DNA from: Octopus bimaculoides
Lineage: Eukaryota
DNA length: 64,000 nt
Direction: 5' to 3'
Assembly (NCBI RefSeq): GCF_001194135.2
Contig: NC_068984.1
Span: 69,730,107-69,794,106 of the forward strand
Shown: positions 36,554-49,600 of the stretch, one piece after another
Position numbering within the stretch: position 1 is the stretch's first letter
Layout: every line of letters begins with the position of its first letter
The notes under the pieces: generated by a model
Database searches by the model: none
What the model was told of the DNA's origin: nothing
What the model saw: the letters and a program-made list of their open reading frames with translations, nothing else
Program-made: the position numbers and the translations under genes

Positions 36554-37289
36554 CAATAAGCTTCTTTTAGTTTCTTTCTATCAAATCCACTCACAAGGCT
36601 ATAGCAGAAGGCACTTGCACAAGGTGCCGCACAGTGGGACTGAACATGGAACCATGTAGTTGGGAACCAAGCTTCTTACCACACTGTCACACATGCTCCT
36701 GCACACGGCCAATATGTATGTATGTATGTATGTATGTATATCAATAAAATCAACGATAATTTGGTGTTATGAGTGAAAATATCTTCTGGTATTTACTCTA
36801 CAAAGTGGCCCAATCAATCCTGTATCTCTTTCACCCACAGTGAATATAGTGACTGGCTCACTGAAAACCTTTAACAAAATTGCTTGTTCATAATTTTGCA
36901 GTTTCTACTTGTTGAGGTTTCAAGCATTTATATTCTGAAAGATGTATCAGTAAAACTGCATTTTAATGGTTCTCTTGAGTTTAAAATGCTCAGTGTGGTT
37001 TTTGCTTTACCTGCTCCAAGATATAAAAGGTGACTTCAGATTAATTTTGTAAGCCAACAATGAGCTCTTTAATTATTATGCTGTCTTCCCTTTTCCTTTT
37101 GCATTGGTGGTAAAGGATAGATACAAGACACTGAATCTTTGATAGGAACTGTAGTATATGACTGTGCTTTAATTATCTGTGACACCTTTATCACCACTTA
37201 AATTGGTCAGGAAATATTTCTCCAACGATTAATTTCTGGAATAGTGGGTTGTGTAAGTTTATGTTACAATACGGATAATAATCCACTTT

Positions 37290-37322
37290 GTTGTCATCAT
37301 CGTTGTCGTGATCATCATCATC

Positions 37323-37354
<32 letters not shown>

Positions 37355-37830
37355 CATCATCATTCACTTCGCCCTTCCTATCCCTCCCTTCCACATCATC
37401 ACATACCTCCTCCTCCTCTCTTTCTAATCTTCATCATCGTCATCATCATCATCATCATCTGCATCATCATCATCATCAACATCGTCGTCATCATCATCAT
37501 CATCATCATCATCACTAATACCATTTCTTCTCCTTGTTCTTATCATCACTACCACCATCTCTTGTCCTTGTCCTTATCCTAAATGTCCTCGTTCTTCTTC
37601 TCCTTGTCATCATCATTTGATGCTCTTGTTAAGGATTGTTTAAGTTTACTTCAACATAGCTACTCCTCACTTCTTTAAGCCCTTTGCTGTCACCTTTGTG
37701 ATGTTCAACATTCTGATATTTGCCTTCGCTACTTCTTCCAAAATCTTTGGTCTTCCTTCTCTTCTCCATGCTCCTTCCACTTTGGTCAGAACTGCCAAAA
37801 GTTATACATGGCATAGTTGCTTCTGAATGC
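37290..37830 (-). mobile_element. RTE ORF-end relic with a greatly expanded, degenerate (GAT)n tail
   Basis: Minus frame VEGAWRREGRPKILEEVAKANIRMLNITK at 37640-37790 resembles the RTE terminal motif. A compound (CAT)/(CGT)/(CCT) tract occupies 37290-37620. Confidence 0.55.
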
Positions 37831-38540
37831 ATGATTTCTAATTCCTATGAATAATTTTACGAAGGTTCATTAATGTTTGCTTTAGGCTAATCATCAACGA
37901 ATGTGAAATAATGATATTGTTCTAATTGGGATAATTTCATCTGCATCAATTATATGCACTTATACAAGACAAAGAGGGATCTGCTACATTATCTTTTGAC
38001 CTGCTAGAAATGGCGGTCAAATCTCCTTCAAATGACACCATGCATTCATAAGCAAACAGAGAACACATAGGCTGATGTAGTGTTATATCTGAATAAATGA
38101 TGAAAAACGCTGAACACAAGGATCTGCTCACTCAGGTCTCGGTGCTAAACAACAACAACAATAATTCAAATTATGTTATTTTGTTCTGTTTTTGTTCTAT
38201 TTACTATCAAATAATTTTGTTTGTAACTATTTAAAATTAGACAAAATATGTAACAGTAATTAGATATATCCCTTTATTTTCTGTTGAGAGTTAACTGCCT
38301 TTTATCTTTCTTGAAATCAATAAAATATGAACATCTTAAATTCTAAAGATGGTGATGCATTATTAAAATGGGGTCCAGTCCTTTTAGTGATGTGATGGTT
38401 GGTGTACCTCACTGACCCTGCAGCTATGCCAGTGGAGTGCAACCTTCTAGTGGGGCTTCCCATGCTGGACAGGTCAAAGGATAGAGGCCAAACTAATATG
38501 AACTACCTCTTCTCAGAGACAAAAATAGGTTTGTGTAGGA

Positions 38541-38833
38541 CAGTGGTTCCCACAGTGAGTGATAATGCTCTTTTGGGGCCAGTGGAAAAATCCAGGAGTG
38601 CATTAAAGATAAGTGGGGTGGTAATGGGGGTGGGGCCAAAAGGAGTCAATGGATGTAAAAACGACTCCAAACAATTGTTTAACTAGGGTAAATTTTATCT
38701 GTGAAATGCAGTTGTTTTGAATTTACTGCAAAAAGTGGTCAGCATTTGTGGTGGTGAGTGAGGGTAAGGGACACTAAGAATGTGGCCTGGATATCAAGTG
38801 GGTGGCAGCCTAAAAAAAGATTAGTGACCACTG
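38541..38833. mobile_element. hAT (Charlie-like) MITE, 293 bp
   Basis: TIRs cagtggttccca / agtgaccactg. Perfect 8-bp TSD gtgtagga at 38533-38540 and 38834-38841. Confidence 0.85.
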
Positions 38834-39829
38834 GTGTAGGATATTTACCACAGGCTTGAAAAAAGCTAAGTCACAGAAGCAATAATGACAATTGAAAATC
38901 AAACACTGGAGGAAGAAGTCATCAATAGCTTATGCCCCAGAGGGAGCAAAGGACCTAAGCAGCCAGGCAAATTAGAAAATGCCAGTACTGCCAGTTTCCT
39001 CTTCATAGCTGGAGCTTGAATAATCTTTTCACTTGGACTATAATTCTGGGTGTTGATGTCTGATATGCAGAGAAGTAAAAGACTACTAGGTAAGAATCAT
39101 TTGCAGACACCTTTCTTCATCAACTGCTGTTGAGATCTCCTCTATCCTCAGTCATTAAACTGCAGCTCTTTCATATCAAATTTGGATAAAAGTGTTGTCC
39201 CCAAGAAAGCAACCTTATGAGACTGAATGACTAATATATCACATGCTATTCTTTGTGATTATTTTTTTCTTTTTTTGCCATTCTATCAGTAGGGCAAAGG
39301 TGAGATAAATTATCCAACAGAAAACATAAGAATTTGTTTATTTTAAACAAATATTTATCGACAGTAAAATGATAAAATTGTTAGGCAAGGTAGTGAGAAC
39401 ATTAACAAGATCTTATTTTGGATCAATCATCACCATCATCATCATCGTTGTCACTGAATAAACTGGCATTATACACATTCTATGCACTGAACACTGTTCT
39501 ATTTGATTTCTGAAAATTGTATTACATGATAGCCTTAACATGTAGTCGCCTCAATGCATTTCATGTCATTTGACTAGTTTTTATATTTATACATTATTGT
39601 TGTTATTATTATTCTTATTATATTGCAATTACTGCTATTATCGTTTGTAGTGTGTTGCTGATTTTGAAGGTTGATATATGAAACACTAAAGTATATACAA
39701 ATTATCAAAGGAATAGTTGATATATTGATTTTTTTTTTTTTTTTTCATGTTAAATATGTAAGTATTGACTTTACTTAACAGTATAAACACATACATGGCT
39801 TTGCATGTACTTATGTACAGGAGTGTATT

Positions 39830-40170
39830 TATGCATCATGTATCTGCATATATATCAATATATATATGAGTGTGTAAATGTGTGTGTGTATATATGTATG
39901 TATGTATGCATCTGTCTATCTATTTATATATATGTATGTATATATATATTTATGTATATATATATACACACATGCATACATACACATACACACACATGCA
40001 CATGCATATACATATGCATAAATATATACATCCATGTTTATATATACATATATGTATGTAGATATATATATGTATATATTTAAATACATTTATCTGTGTG
40101 CGTATATATAGATATATATATTTATACATATACATATATATATATATATATGTATATATTTATATACATT

Positions 40171-40215
<45 letters not shown>

Positions 40216-40266
40216 GCATATATATAAATAAGCATATATATTTATGTATATATTTATATACATTTA

Positions 40267-40323
<57 letters not shown>

Positions 40324-40400
40324 ACATGCACACATATACATGCATCCATGTATATGTAAGTATGTATGTATCCATGTATGTATGTATACACATTGCTGGT
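39830..40400. repeat. Compound (TA)/(TG)/(CA) low-complexity tract
   Basis: Directly visible; this explains the YI/VC-rich ORFs. Confidence 0.95.
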
Positions 40401-40704
40401 ATAAAGCTGTATGTTTAGAGACTGCATGACAATGAAGAAAAGGCAGAACGAAGGGATGAAATAAATTTTTATGCTCATGTTTATAACCCATAGTCAGAGT
40501 GTCAGTGAGTAAGTGGAATCTTCTAGACTTTATGTCTGAAAGTTTCCTAAAAATAAAATCCGGATGAGAGTTATCATAAAAAGCAATCAGATAAACTTAT
40601 ATTACACAATTTATTCAACTAGAGCACTCTTTCGTCTCTCACATCATGTTTTTTTTCTTTTTTTTTAAATTTTGCTTCCTCTTACTCTCACTTTGTTTCT
40701 ATCT

Positions 40705-40838
40705 TCTTCATGTCTATCTATCTATCTCTCTATCTATCTATCTATCTATCTATCTATCCGTGTATTCGTCTGTCTGTTAGCCTGTCTGTCTATTTATATT
40801 TCTGTCTGTCTGTTTGCCTGTCTGTCTTTCTGCCTTAC

Positions 40839-40869
<31 letters not shown>

Positions 40870-41175
40870 TTATCTATCTATTTATCTACATATGTGTCTA
40901 TCTTTCTGTGTGTTTGTCTGTCTGTCTTTCTGCCTGCATGCCTGTCTGTTTGTCTTTCTGCCTGCGTGTCTGTCTGTCTATCTATCTAGATATGTCTGTA
41001 TCTATTTGTCTCTCTATCAATCTATCTATCTATCTATCTATCTATTTATCAATCAATCAATCACTCAATCTATCTATCTATCTATCATCTGTCTCTCTAT
41101 CTATCTATCTGTCTGTCTGCCTGCCTGCCTGCCTGCTTGTCTGTCTATCTATCTATCTATCTATCTATCTATGTT
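40705..41175. repeat. Compound tetranucleotide array (TCTA/TCTG/CCTG/TCAA)
   Basis: Directly visible; this explains the LSIY/LSVC ORFs. Confidence 0.95.
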
Positions 41176-41374
41176 TTATTCATTTTATTCCATACTTTCA
41201 TCTCTACAAATCCAACAGTATTTTTCCTTTCTTTCCACTTGTATGTTTTCTTATTCTTTTCCCCATTTAAAAAAAAAATGTTTGTACTAGTTATAAAACT
41301 TCAGTTAGTATTTTACAAGGTAGATAGGGATTGTAAAGATTCCTTCATTTAATTTTCCTTCTTGTATTCACCAA

Positions 41375-41423
<49 letters not shown>

Positions 41424-42825
41424 GCGCGCGCATGCATGCACAGCTTCATGTGAATGTGTATTCTTTATTTCCATTTCGTGCTATACAGTAAATTGGACTG
41501 TCTTTGGACAGTTCCATTAGTGTCTGAAATTTTCTTTGATAAGTTGGTAGCCTATTTGCTGATATACTAATATACAAACATAAGTATATACATATTTATG
41601 TATACATAAATATATATATATTTCTATATATGTGTGTATGTGTATATATATGTGTGTGTGTGTCTATGCATACATGTGTGTGTGTGTGTCTATATATATA
41701 GATGTGTGTATTTATATTTGAAGTGTGGTAGGTACTAATGCTGTTTTCATGTTGTTAATATTTACTCATAGGTTTTCAGTTACCCACCAGCTGTTTAGAA
41801 GCCCTTTCCACAAATTCCATCTGACCCATGCAGGTATAAAAAAGTGGACATTAAAGCAATGATGATGATAATGCATATATATANNNNNNNNNNNNNNNNN
41901 NNNNNNNNNNNNNNNNNNNNNNNNNNNNNNNNNNNNNNNNNNNNNNNNNNNNNNNNNNNNNNNNNNNNNNNNNNNNNNNNNNNNNNNNNNNNNNNNNNNN
42001 NNNNNNNNNNNNNNNNNNNNNNNNNNNNNNNNNNNNNNNNNNNNNNNNNNNNNNNNNNNNNNNNNNNNNNNNNNNNNNNNNNNNNNNNNNNNNNNNNNNN
42101 NNNNNNNNNNNNNNNNNNNNNNNNNNNNNNNNNNNNNNNNNNNNNNNNNNNNNNNNNNNNNNNNNNNNNNNNNNNNNNNNNNNNNNNNNNNNNNNNNNNN
42201 NNNNNNNNNNNNNNNNNNNNTATATATATATATATATGTATGTATATATACATACATATATATACACACATATATATATACATATATACATAGTCAATTC
42301 AAACATGAATAAGCAAGAAAAAACATGAAAAAACAACGTGAGGACGTGGAATAAAGTACAGTGTTATTGGATGCTCAGGAAAGGAAAGAAAGAAAGAGGA
42401 TTTCACGTTTCGAGGAGTTGCATAAACTTCTTGATGACATAGGTGTCATTGTAAGTTAAATATCTTTATATCAATTTTATATCAGATAGATACAAGATTC
42501 ATTCATCATATCATGTAGACACTAGACACAGTGTTATGTGTGCATGTGTGCATGCATATATATACTTTTATTCTTTTACTTGTTTCAGTCATTTGACCGT
42601 GGCCATGCTGGAGCACTGCCTTAAAGAGTTATTTTTAGTTGATGAAATCACCTCAGGACTTATTCTTTGTATGCCTATTACTTATTCTATTGGTCTCTTT
42701 TTCCCCATTCATGAGAGGCGCCCAGCCATCATTCATCTAACAGTCCATCTACAGAATGTCCTCTCAAATTTCTATACAGCATATTTTGCCTTTTTTTCTT
42801 CAAGTATATAAGCAACAATTTCATT

Positions 42826-42854
42826 CCCGAGCAACGCCGGGTGCCTCTGCTAGT
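42826..42854 (+). mobile_element. Helitron-like 3' terminus (GC hairpin + CTAG|T)
   Basis: CCCG-AGCAACGC-CGGG at 42826-42841, then 8 nt, then CTAG at 42850-42853 followed by T. The 5' end is not delimited. Confidence 0.5.
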
Positions 42855-44129
42855 ACTACATACGCACCGCTCTCTCACTCTGTCTCACACACGCACACAT
42901 ACATCCAAAAATGATGGATGCATATGACAACACACCCCTTGACTCACTCACNNNNNNNNNNNNNNNNNNNNNNNNNNNNNNNNNNNNNNNNNNNNNNNNN
43001 NNNNNNNNNNNNNNNNNNNNNNNNNNNNNNNNNNNNNNNNNNNNNNNNNNNNNNNNNNNNNNNNNNNNNNNNNNNNNNNNNNNNNNNNNNNNNNNNNNNN
43101 NNNNNNNNNNNNNNNNNNNNNNNNNNNNNNNNNNNNNNNNNNNNNNNNNNNNNNNNNNNNNNNNNNNNNNNNNNNNNNNNNNNNNNNNNNNNNNNNNNNN
43201 NNNNNNNNNNNNNNNNNNNNNNNNNNNNNNNNNNNNNNNNNNNNNNNNNNNNNNNNNNNNNNNNNNNNNNNNNNNNNNNNNNNNNNNNNNNNNNNNNNNN
43301 NNNNNNNNNNNNNNNNNNNNNNNNNNNNNNNNNNNNNNNNNNNNNNNNNNNNNNNNNNNNNNNNNNNNNNNNNNNNNNNNNNNNNNNNNNNNNNNNNNNN
43401 NNNNNNNNNNNNNNNNNNNNNNNNNNNNNNNNNNNNNNNNNNNNNNNNNNNNNNNNNNNNNNNNNNNNNNNNNNNNNNNNNNNNNNNNNNNNNNNNNNNN
43501 NNNNNNNNNNNNNNNNNNNNNNNNNNNNNNNNNNNNNNNNNNNNNNNNNNNNNNNNNNNNNNNNNNNNNNNNNNNNNNNNNNNNNNNNNNNNNNNNNNNN
43601 NNNNNNNNNNNNNNNNNNNNNNNNNNNNNNNNNNNNNNNNNNNNNNNNNNNNNNNNNNNNNNNNNNNNNNNNNNNNNNNNNNNNNNNNNNNNNNNNNNNN
43701 NNNNNNNNNNNNNNNNNNNNNNNNNNNNNNNNNNNNNNNNNNNNNNNNNNNNNNNNNNNNNNNNNNNNNNNNNNNNNNNNNNNNNNNNNNNNNNNNNNNN
43801 NNNNNNNNNNNNNNNNNNNNNNNNNNNNNNNNNNNNNNNNNNNNNNNNNNNNNNNNNNNNNNNNNNNNNNNNNNNNNNNNNNNNNNNNNNNNNNNNNNNN
43901 NNNNNNNNNNNNNNNNNNNNNNNNNNNNNNNNNNNNNNNNNNNATACAGTATATATACAACGGGCTTGTTTCAGTTTCTGTCTACCATATCCACTCACAA
44001 GTCTTTGGTTTACCCAAGGCTATAGTAGTACACACTTGCTCAAAATGCCACGTAGTGGGACTAAACACAGAAGCATGTCGTTGGGAAGCAAGCTTCTTTA
44101 TTTTATCAAATTTGCCATAAAGGCATTAC

Positions 44130-44600
44130 ATAGATAGAAGCAAATGCTGGCTGGACAACAACACAAATGAAACGAATGATGAGCAAAATAATGATATTGA
44201 TGAGGGAAGCAGACGACGCCCGCAGATCGATGCTTCCTGAAAACATTGTTCTTTTGTCTCTTTTATAAAGCCAATTGAGGCTATAAACCTCTTACTATAG
44301 TTCATTGGGACACAAAGTCCTTTCAAATGAGGCACTAAGCCGCTTACCTTTTTACAATTCGAGGCATTAAAGTCTCTTACTTCAATGCCCGACTAGGCAC
44401 ACTGCCTCATTCAAGCACCCGGACGGTGCCAAGTCGAGACAGTTTAGCATAAATTTAAATATATCCTTGCGGAAGGAGCTCATTATCCTGCACAAGTCCG
44501 TTTCCCCTATGACCTCTGCAGCCACGTGCGGAGGCCAATCAGGGTCCTCAATGCAGGACAGAAACCCTTCCCTCTGGCCTTTTTTCTCACCTCCTTTATA
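44130..44600 (-). promoter_or_regulatory. CpG-rich unique segment, candidate promoter and first non-coding exons
   Basis: CpGs are locally abundant against a CpG-poor background. CCAAT at 44535-44539, CACGTG at 44523-44528, and TATATTTAAA on the minus strand near 44455-44464. Minus-strand donors GTAAGA (44380) and GTAAGC (44347). Confidence 0.4.
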
Positions 44601-45951
44601 TATACATATATACATGCATACGTACTTGCATCTACGTTATAGATGTATGTATATAGTAGTAATCTTTGATGCAATACATGTAAGCAAAAGATTTTGATAG
44701 TATTCATTTTAGTATTGCAGTCAAATGTATTCGTCCTGTTATGGACATATTGTCCAAATAACAACAGGGCAGATTGTTACGAGAATTAGTCAGCTTTTTT
44801 TTTAAATAATCACAAAACCAAATGTTAATATTTGAATCATGTAATATGTATGTTTCAAGTAGTATTAAATATTGATTGATGAGGATAGCAGTTTTCTTAT
44901 GTAACTGTAGCAATTTACATGTTAAATGCGTTAAACATACAAAAATGCCAACATTTGGTATTTGTGCTTTTCCGAGATATTTATGTATACTTATAAATAA
45001 ATAAATAAATAAATAAATATATATATATANNNNNNNNNNNNNNNNNNNNNNNNNNNNNNNNNNNNNNNNNNNNNNNNNNNNNNNNNNNNNNNNNNNNNNN
45101 NNNNNNNNNNNNNNNNNNNNNNNNNNNNNNNNNNNNNNNNNNNNNNNNNNNNNNNNNNNNNNNNNNNNNNNNNNNNNNNNNNNNNNNNNNNNNNNNNNNN
45201 NNNNNNNNNNNNNNNNNNNNNNNNNNNNNNNNNNNNNNNNNNNNNNNNNNNNNNNNNNNNNNNNNNNNNNNNNNNNNNNNNNNNNNNNNNNNNNNNNNNN
45301 NNNNNNNNNNNNNNNNNNNNNNNNNNNNNNNNNNNNNNNNNNNNNNNNNNNNNNNNNNNNNNNNNNNNNNNNNNNNNNNNNNNNNNNNNNNNNNNNNNNN
45401 NNNNNNNNNNNNNNNNNNNNNNNNNNNNNNNNNNNNNNNNNNNNNNNNNNNNNNNNNNNNNNNNNNNNNNNNNNNNNNNNNNNNNNNNNNNNNNNNNNNN
45501 NNNNNNNNNNNNNNNNNNNNNNNNNNNNNNNNNNNNNNNNNNNNNNNNNNNNNNNNNNNNNNNNNNNNNNNNNNNNNNNNNNNNNNNNNNNNNNNNNNNN
45601 NNNNNNNNNNNNNNNNNNNNNNNNNNNNNNNNNNNNNNNNNNNNNNNNNNNNNNNNNNNNNNNNNNNNNNNNNNNNNNNNNNNNNNNNNNNNNNNNNNNN
45701 NNNNNNNNNNNNNNNNNNNNNNNNNNNNNNNNNNNNNNNNNNNNNNNNNNNNNNNNNNNNNNNNNNNNNNNNNNNNNNNNNNNNNNNNNNNNNNNNNNNN
45801 NNNNNGAGCCTGGTGTTGCCATCCGGTTTCACCAGTCCTCAGTCAAATCGTCCAACCCATGCTAGCATGGAAAGCGGACGTTAAACGATGATGATGATGA
45901 TGATGATATACATATATATACATACATATATATATACATATATATATGCAC

Positions 45952-45990
<39 letters not shown>

Positions 45991-46172
45991 CATGTGACTG
46001 TGTGATAAGAATTTTGCTTCCCAACTTTCCTGGCACCAACCCTCACCAGTTTCCAAGCAAGGTAATATTTCTCCATGGACAGACAAACGTATGCTTGCAG
46101 AATATTGGAAAGAAATGACACTGCTTGTATGAGAGTGACACTCATTTACAACTATCTCATGATATTAAATGT

Positions 46173-46209
<37 letters not shown>

Positions 46210-46539
46210 CATATATATGTGTTTGTGTATCGCATACATTTTTCAGTTTCTAGTTTTTAAATCGACTCACAAGAATTTGGTCTGTTCAAGCTACAATAGA
46301 ATACACCTGCCCAAGATGACTACACAGCGACTGAACCTAGTATTAAAAGGACATCTTGATAAAAGATATCTGCCTTAATGAATTCCATCTAACCCATGAT
46401 GCATGGAAGAGTAGACATTACATTTGTATACATGTATATATATACACACATATAAAATACTTATCTAAACCTATCAATCAATGAATCTATGTATCTATCA
46501 GTCTATCTATCTATCTATCTATCCTTATATACATGCATG

Positions 46540-46680
<141 letters not shown>

Positions 46681-49600
46681 AAGCACTCATATGTATGTAC
46701 ATATATGTTTTCATCACCTGCTTTATCATAACTTTTATAAAATTTTATATAATACATATTTTCCATCACACATTTAGTCTTCACTAAATTGTCAGATGAT
46801 AAGTTTGAGAACAACGTGTTTCTTTTTAATCAAGTATTTTGATATAAAATGAAGTCTTATTTCAAAGTAAAATTAGCTATTGTTTGGAATATATTTATAT
46901 GCTATCAATTTTGTTTTTCAAACAAATAGAATAACAACAACGGCAACAGAAGATTTTAAAATCTTGAAATTTTCAGATTTATTTCTCAGAAATGGAAAAC
47001 GAAGAAATTTGAATATCTTCAAGAAATACCTATTTTTTACCTTTGAGTTTTGGAAATGTTTATATCATTAACAGTTGTGTGCATGGGGTATTCTTCATCA
47101 TTATTTAAATGCTTAAATATGTCATTATAATTATCAAAGTTAGCTGAACCAAAATTGCAATATTTTTCTCCCTCATTTTTGATGTTAGAACAGCTTTTCT
47201 GTTCATCTGTTTTATTTTTGGAATATATATTTTCTGTAACTCTTTTGTGATCATGTTTCTAATAACAATAGACAGACGATGTGTTTTAACTAAATTAACA
47301 TAACAGAAATAAGAATTTGGAGGGCTTTTGTAAAATAACTATTATTTCTTTTTTATCTATTCCTAAATTAAGCTGTTCTTATTTTTTTTTTTTTTTAACA
47401 CAATGTGGCAAAAGGTTATATGAAACTGAATTTCTTTCTATTGTAATCTCATGTTATTATTTGTGTAATAATGAGAATTTGTTTGAGATTTTGATTCAAA
47501 TATGAACACTTTACTATGTACAGTTTCAAGTGAGATGAGAGGTCAAGGGAGGGTATCAAGTGGGTTGGTGCTAAAAACATTACTTTTTAGATGAGTTGTT
47601 CTAAGGCAGCGACAGCTAGTCTTAAAGAATATTTTGGTCTTTCCTTTCAAAATAGAATACAATAGAATAGAATTCTTTTATTGTCATTTACATACATTGA
47701 AACTTGACTTGATGGAACTGAAAAGTTGAATACAGATGATAAAATAGATTAGATATATATAAAATATCTAACACTTTTACTGTAATAAATTTCATTGTAG
47801 GAGCACCAGTCTTTATATAGTGCATTTCATGCAAGTTAGTATGTTTAAGCTTATTGCTCTCCAAATCATGCCCTGATGAAGAACTGGACTTATTGCAGCA
47901 AGTTAGCAAACCACTTATCAAATTTATTAATTTCTTTGTTAGAGATATGAATTTTATTGACCTTGTGGTACTTATTTTTTGCCCAGTTTATTGGCCTATT
48001 TTGTATAGAGCTTTTTGTAGTAGTAATGATGGCAAATAATTAATGACTGAACTTTTGTTTGGCTGTCTGTTCTCTTAAATTGTCTATTAGTACTCTCATG
48101 TATAAAACATGGATAGAGGTTTAAGTAAAATAAATATTAATTTTAGAAGATTGTATATGTAGCAGACTTTTAAGCAATGTGGGCTGAGAACTCTGTGTGG
48201 TAGAAATAACGAAAATCAAATCTATATGGCAATGTTTCATTTAAAAATGGTATTTAATGCTTTTATAGGTCTAAAAGTGTTCCTGAAAACTTTCAAAGCA
48301 TGAACAAAAAGACAAAATCTCAAATATCTGAGCAACATGTATCTGAACATCATCTAAACTGGGTCATCATTTTTAACAAGGTGCCGTTAAAATTATTAAC
48401 CAAAATATCAAACATTATCAGTTATTGTAAAGCACAACATCTAAAGTATGGCATCTATATTTGTACATTTAGGAAACTATTCAACAAAAAAAAAAAAAAA
48501 CTTTTCTTGTGCGATAGTTAAATGTTTGCTTATGACCACTAGGTAAAAATTGAAAAAGATATGTATTTATAAACTAGATTAATATAAGAAGCTATGTAAA
48601 ATAAAAAAAGAAAGTTACATTCTTATTAAAATGCATTCTATATGTAGGGACATTTAAGGGCAAAAGTACTCAATAGATAATTATGATGATGATGATGTTG
48701 ATATTAGTTTTTCTGTTTGTTTATTTAAAATGCTCATAGCACTACAGAAAATGTAGTTACTAAATTGGCTAGTTTTCAGTATTAGTGAGTGAAAACTTGA
48801 TTTTGAATACAATCAATTGAAAATTATGGAAAATGGCTGGCTTAAGCCACAGTGATGTAGTGTGTAAAGATTTTTTTCTAGGAGACATTGAAACTTTTTC
48901 GAGATATTTTCACACTCAGTAATTGTATAATTGTATTCATCATTCAACATTTCAATAAAGTATGTCTTCTTTTTTTTTATGATGTGTAAGTTTTTAGATT
49001 AGTAATTGTTAGCTGACATTTGGTTCCCAGGAATTGAGATCTGTCACCTAAATATAAATTGCTAGCAAGCAAAATAATGTCAATGAAGGTAGTGAAGCAA
49101 GTTGCTCTACACATTGTTTTACTGCTATTGGACTTGAGGCTTTTGATAGGTTACACTTTTGAAATCTTTCCACACATCCATCCCTGAAACAAGTATGAAC
49201 AGAACAATGGCATAAATTGGTATCATTCATGTAGTCTTTTATTCAATGTTTATGGTTGAAGGGAATATGTATATGAAGGGAGTATGAAAGCTATATTGCT
49301 TAAAAGTCAAAGTATTCTGAAATATTATTTACAATGCAGGAAACTGAATGATTTTTATTCTTTCTCAGCCGGGGCCTACAAACCAATATTATTAGGTTAA
49401 CAATCACTGCTTTACTTAAAACAGTTAAATGAAACACTGGTTTAAGGAAATGTTAAGGTCATTGCTTTGTAATTCTGGGTAACTTTAACTGCAAAAATCT
49501 ATGGGATCTTTTCTGTTTGGGTGCACCTGTAGAAATTTAAAAGTTTAGTGCAAATTAAAAAATTTCGTGTATTGATGTAATTTTCCATGCTGAATCTCAG

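Noticed and set aside
39009-39089. 81-nt segment with a good acceptor and AG|GTAAGA donor
   Set aside because: Stops in all three frames and no supporting context. It cannot be distinguished from chance without RNA data.
39805-41352. ORFs rich in YI, VC, LSIY or HT repeats (also at 22913-23219, 46481-46814 and elsewhere)
   Set aside because: These are translations of microsatellites.
42325-42412. Fragment reminiscent of another Penelope terminal repeat (GAAACGTG on the minus strand)
   Set aside because: Only the GAAA half is present and there is no second copy in the window, so it cannot be supported from the sequence alone.
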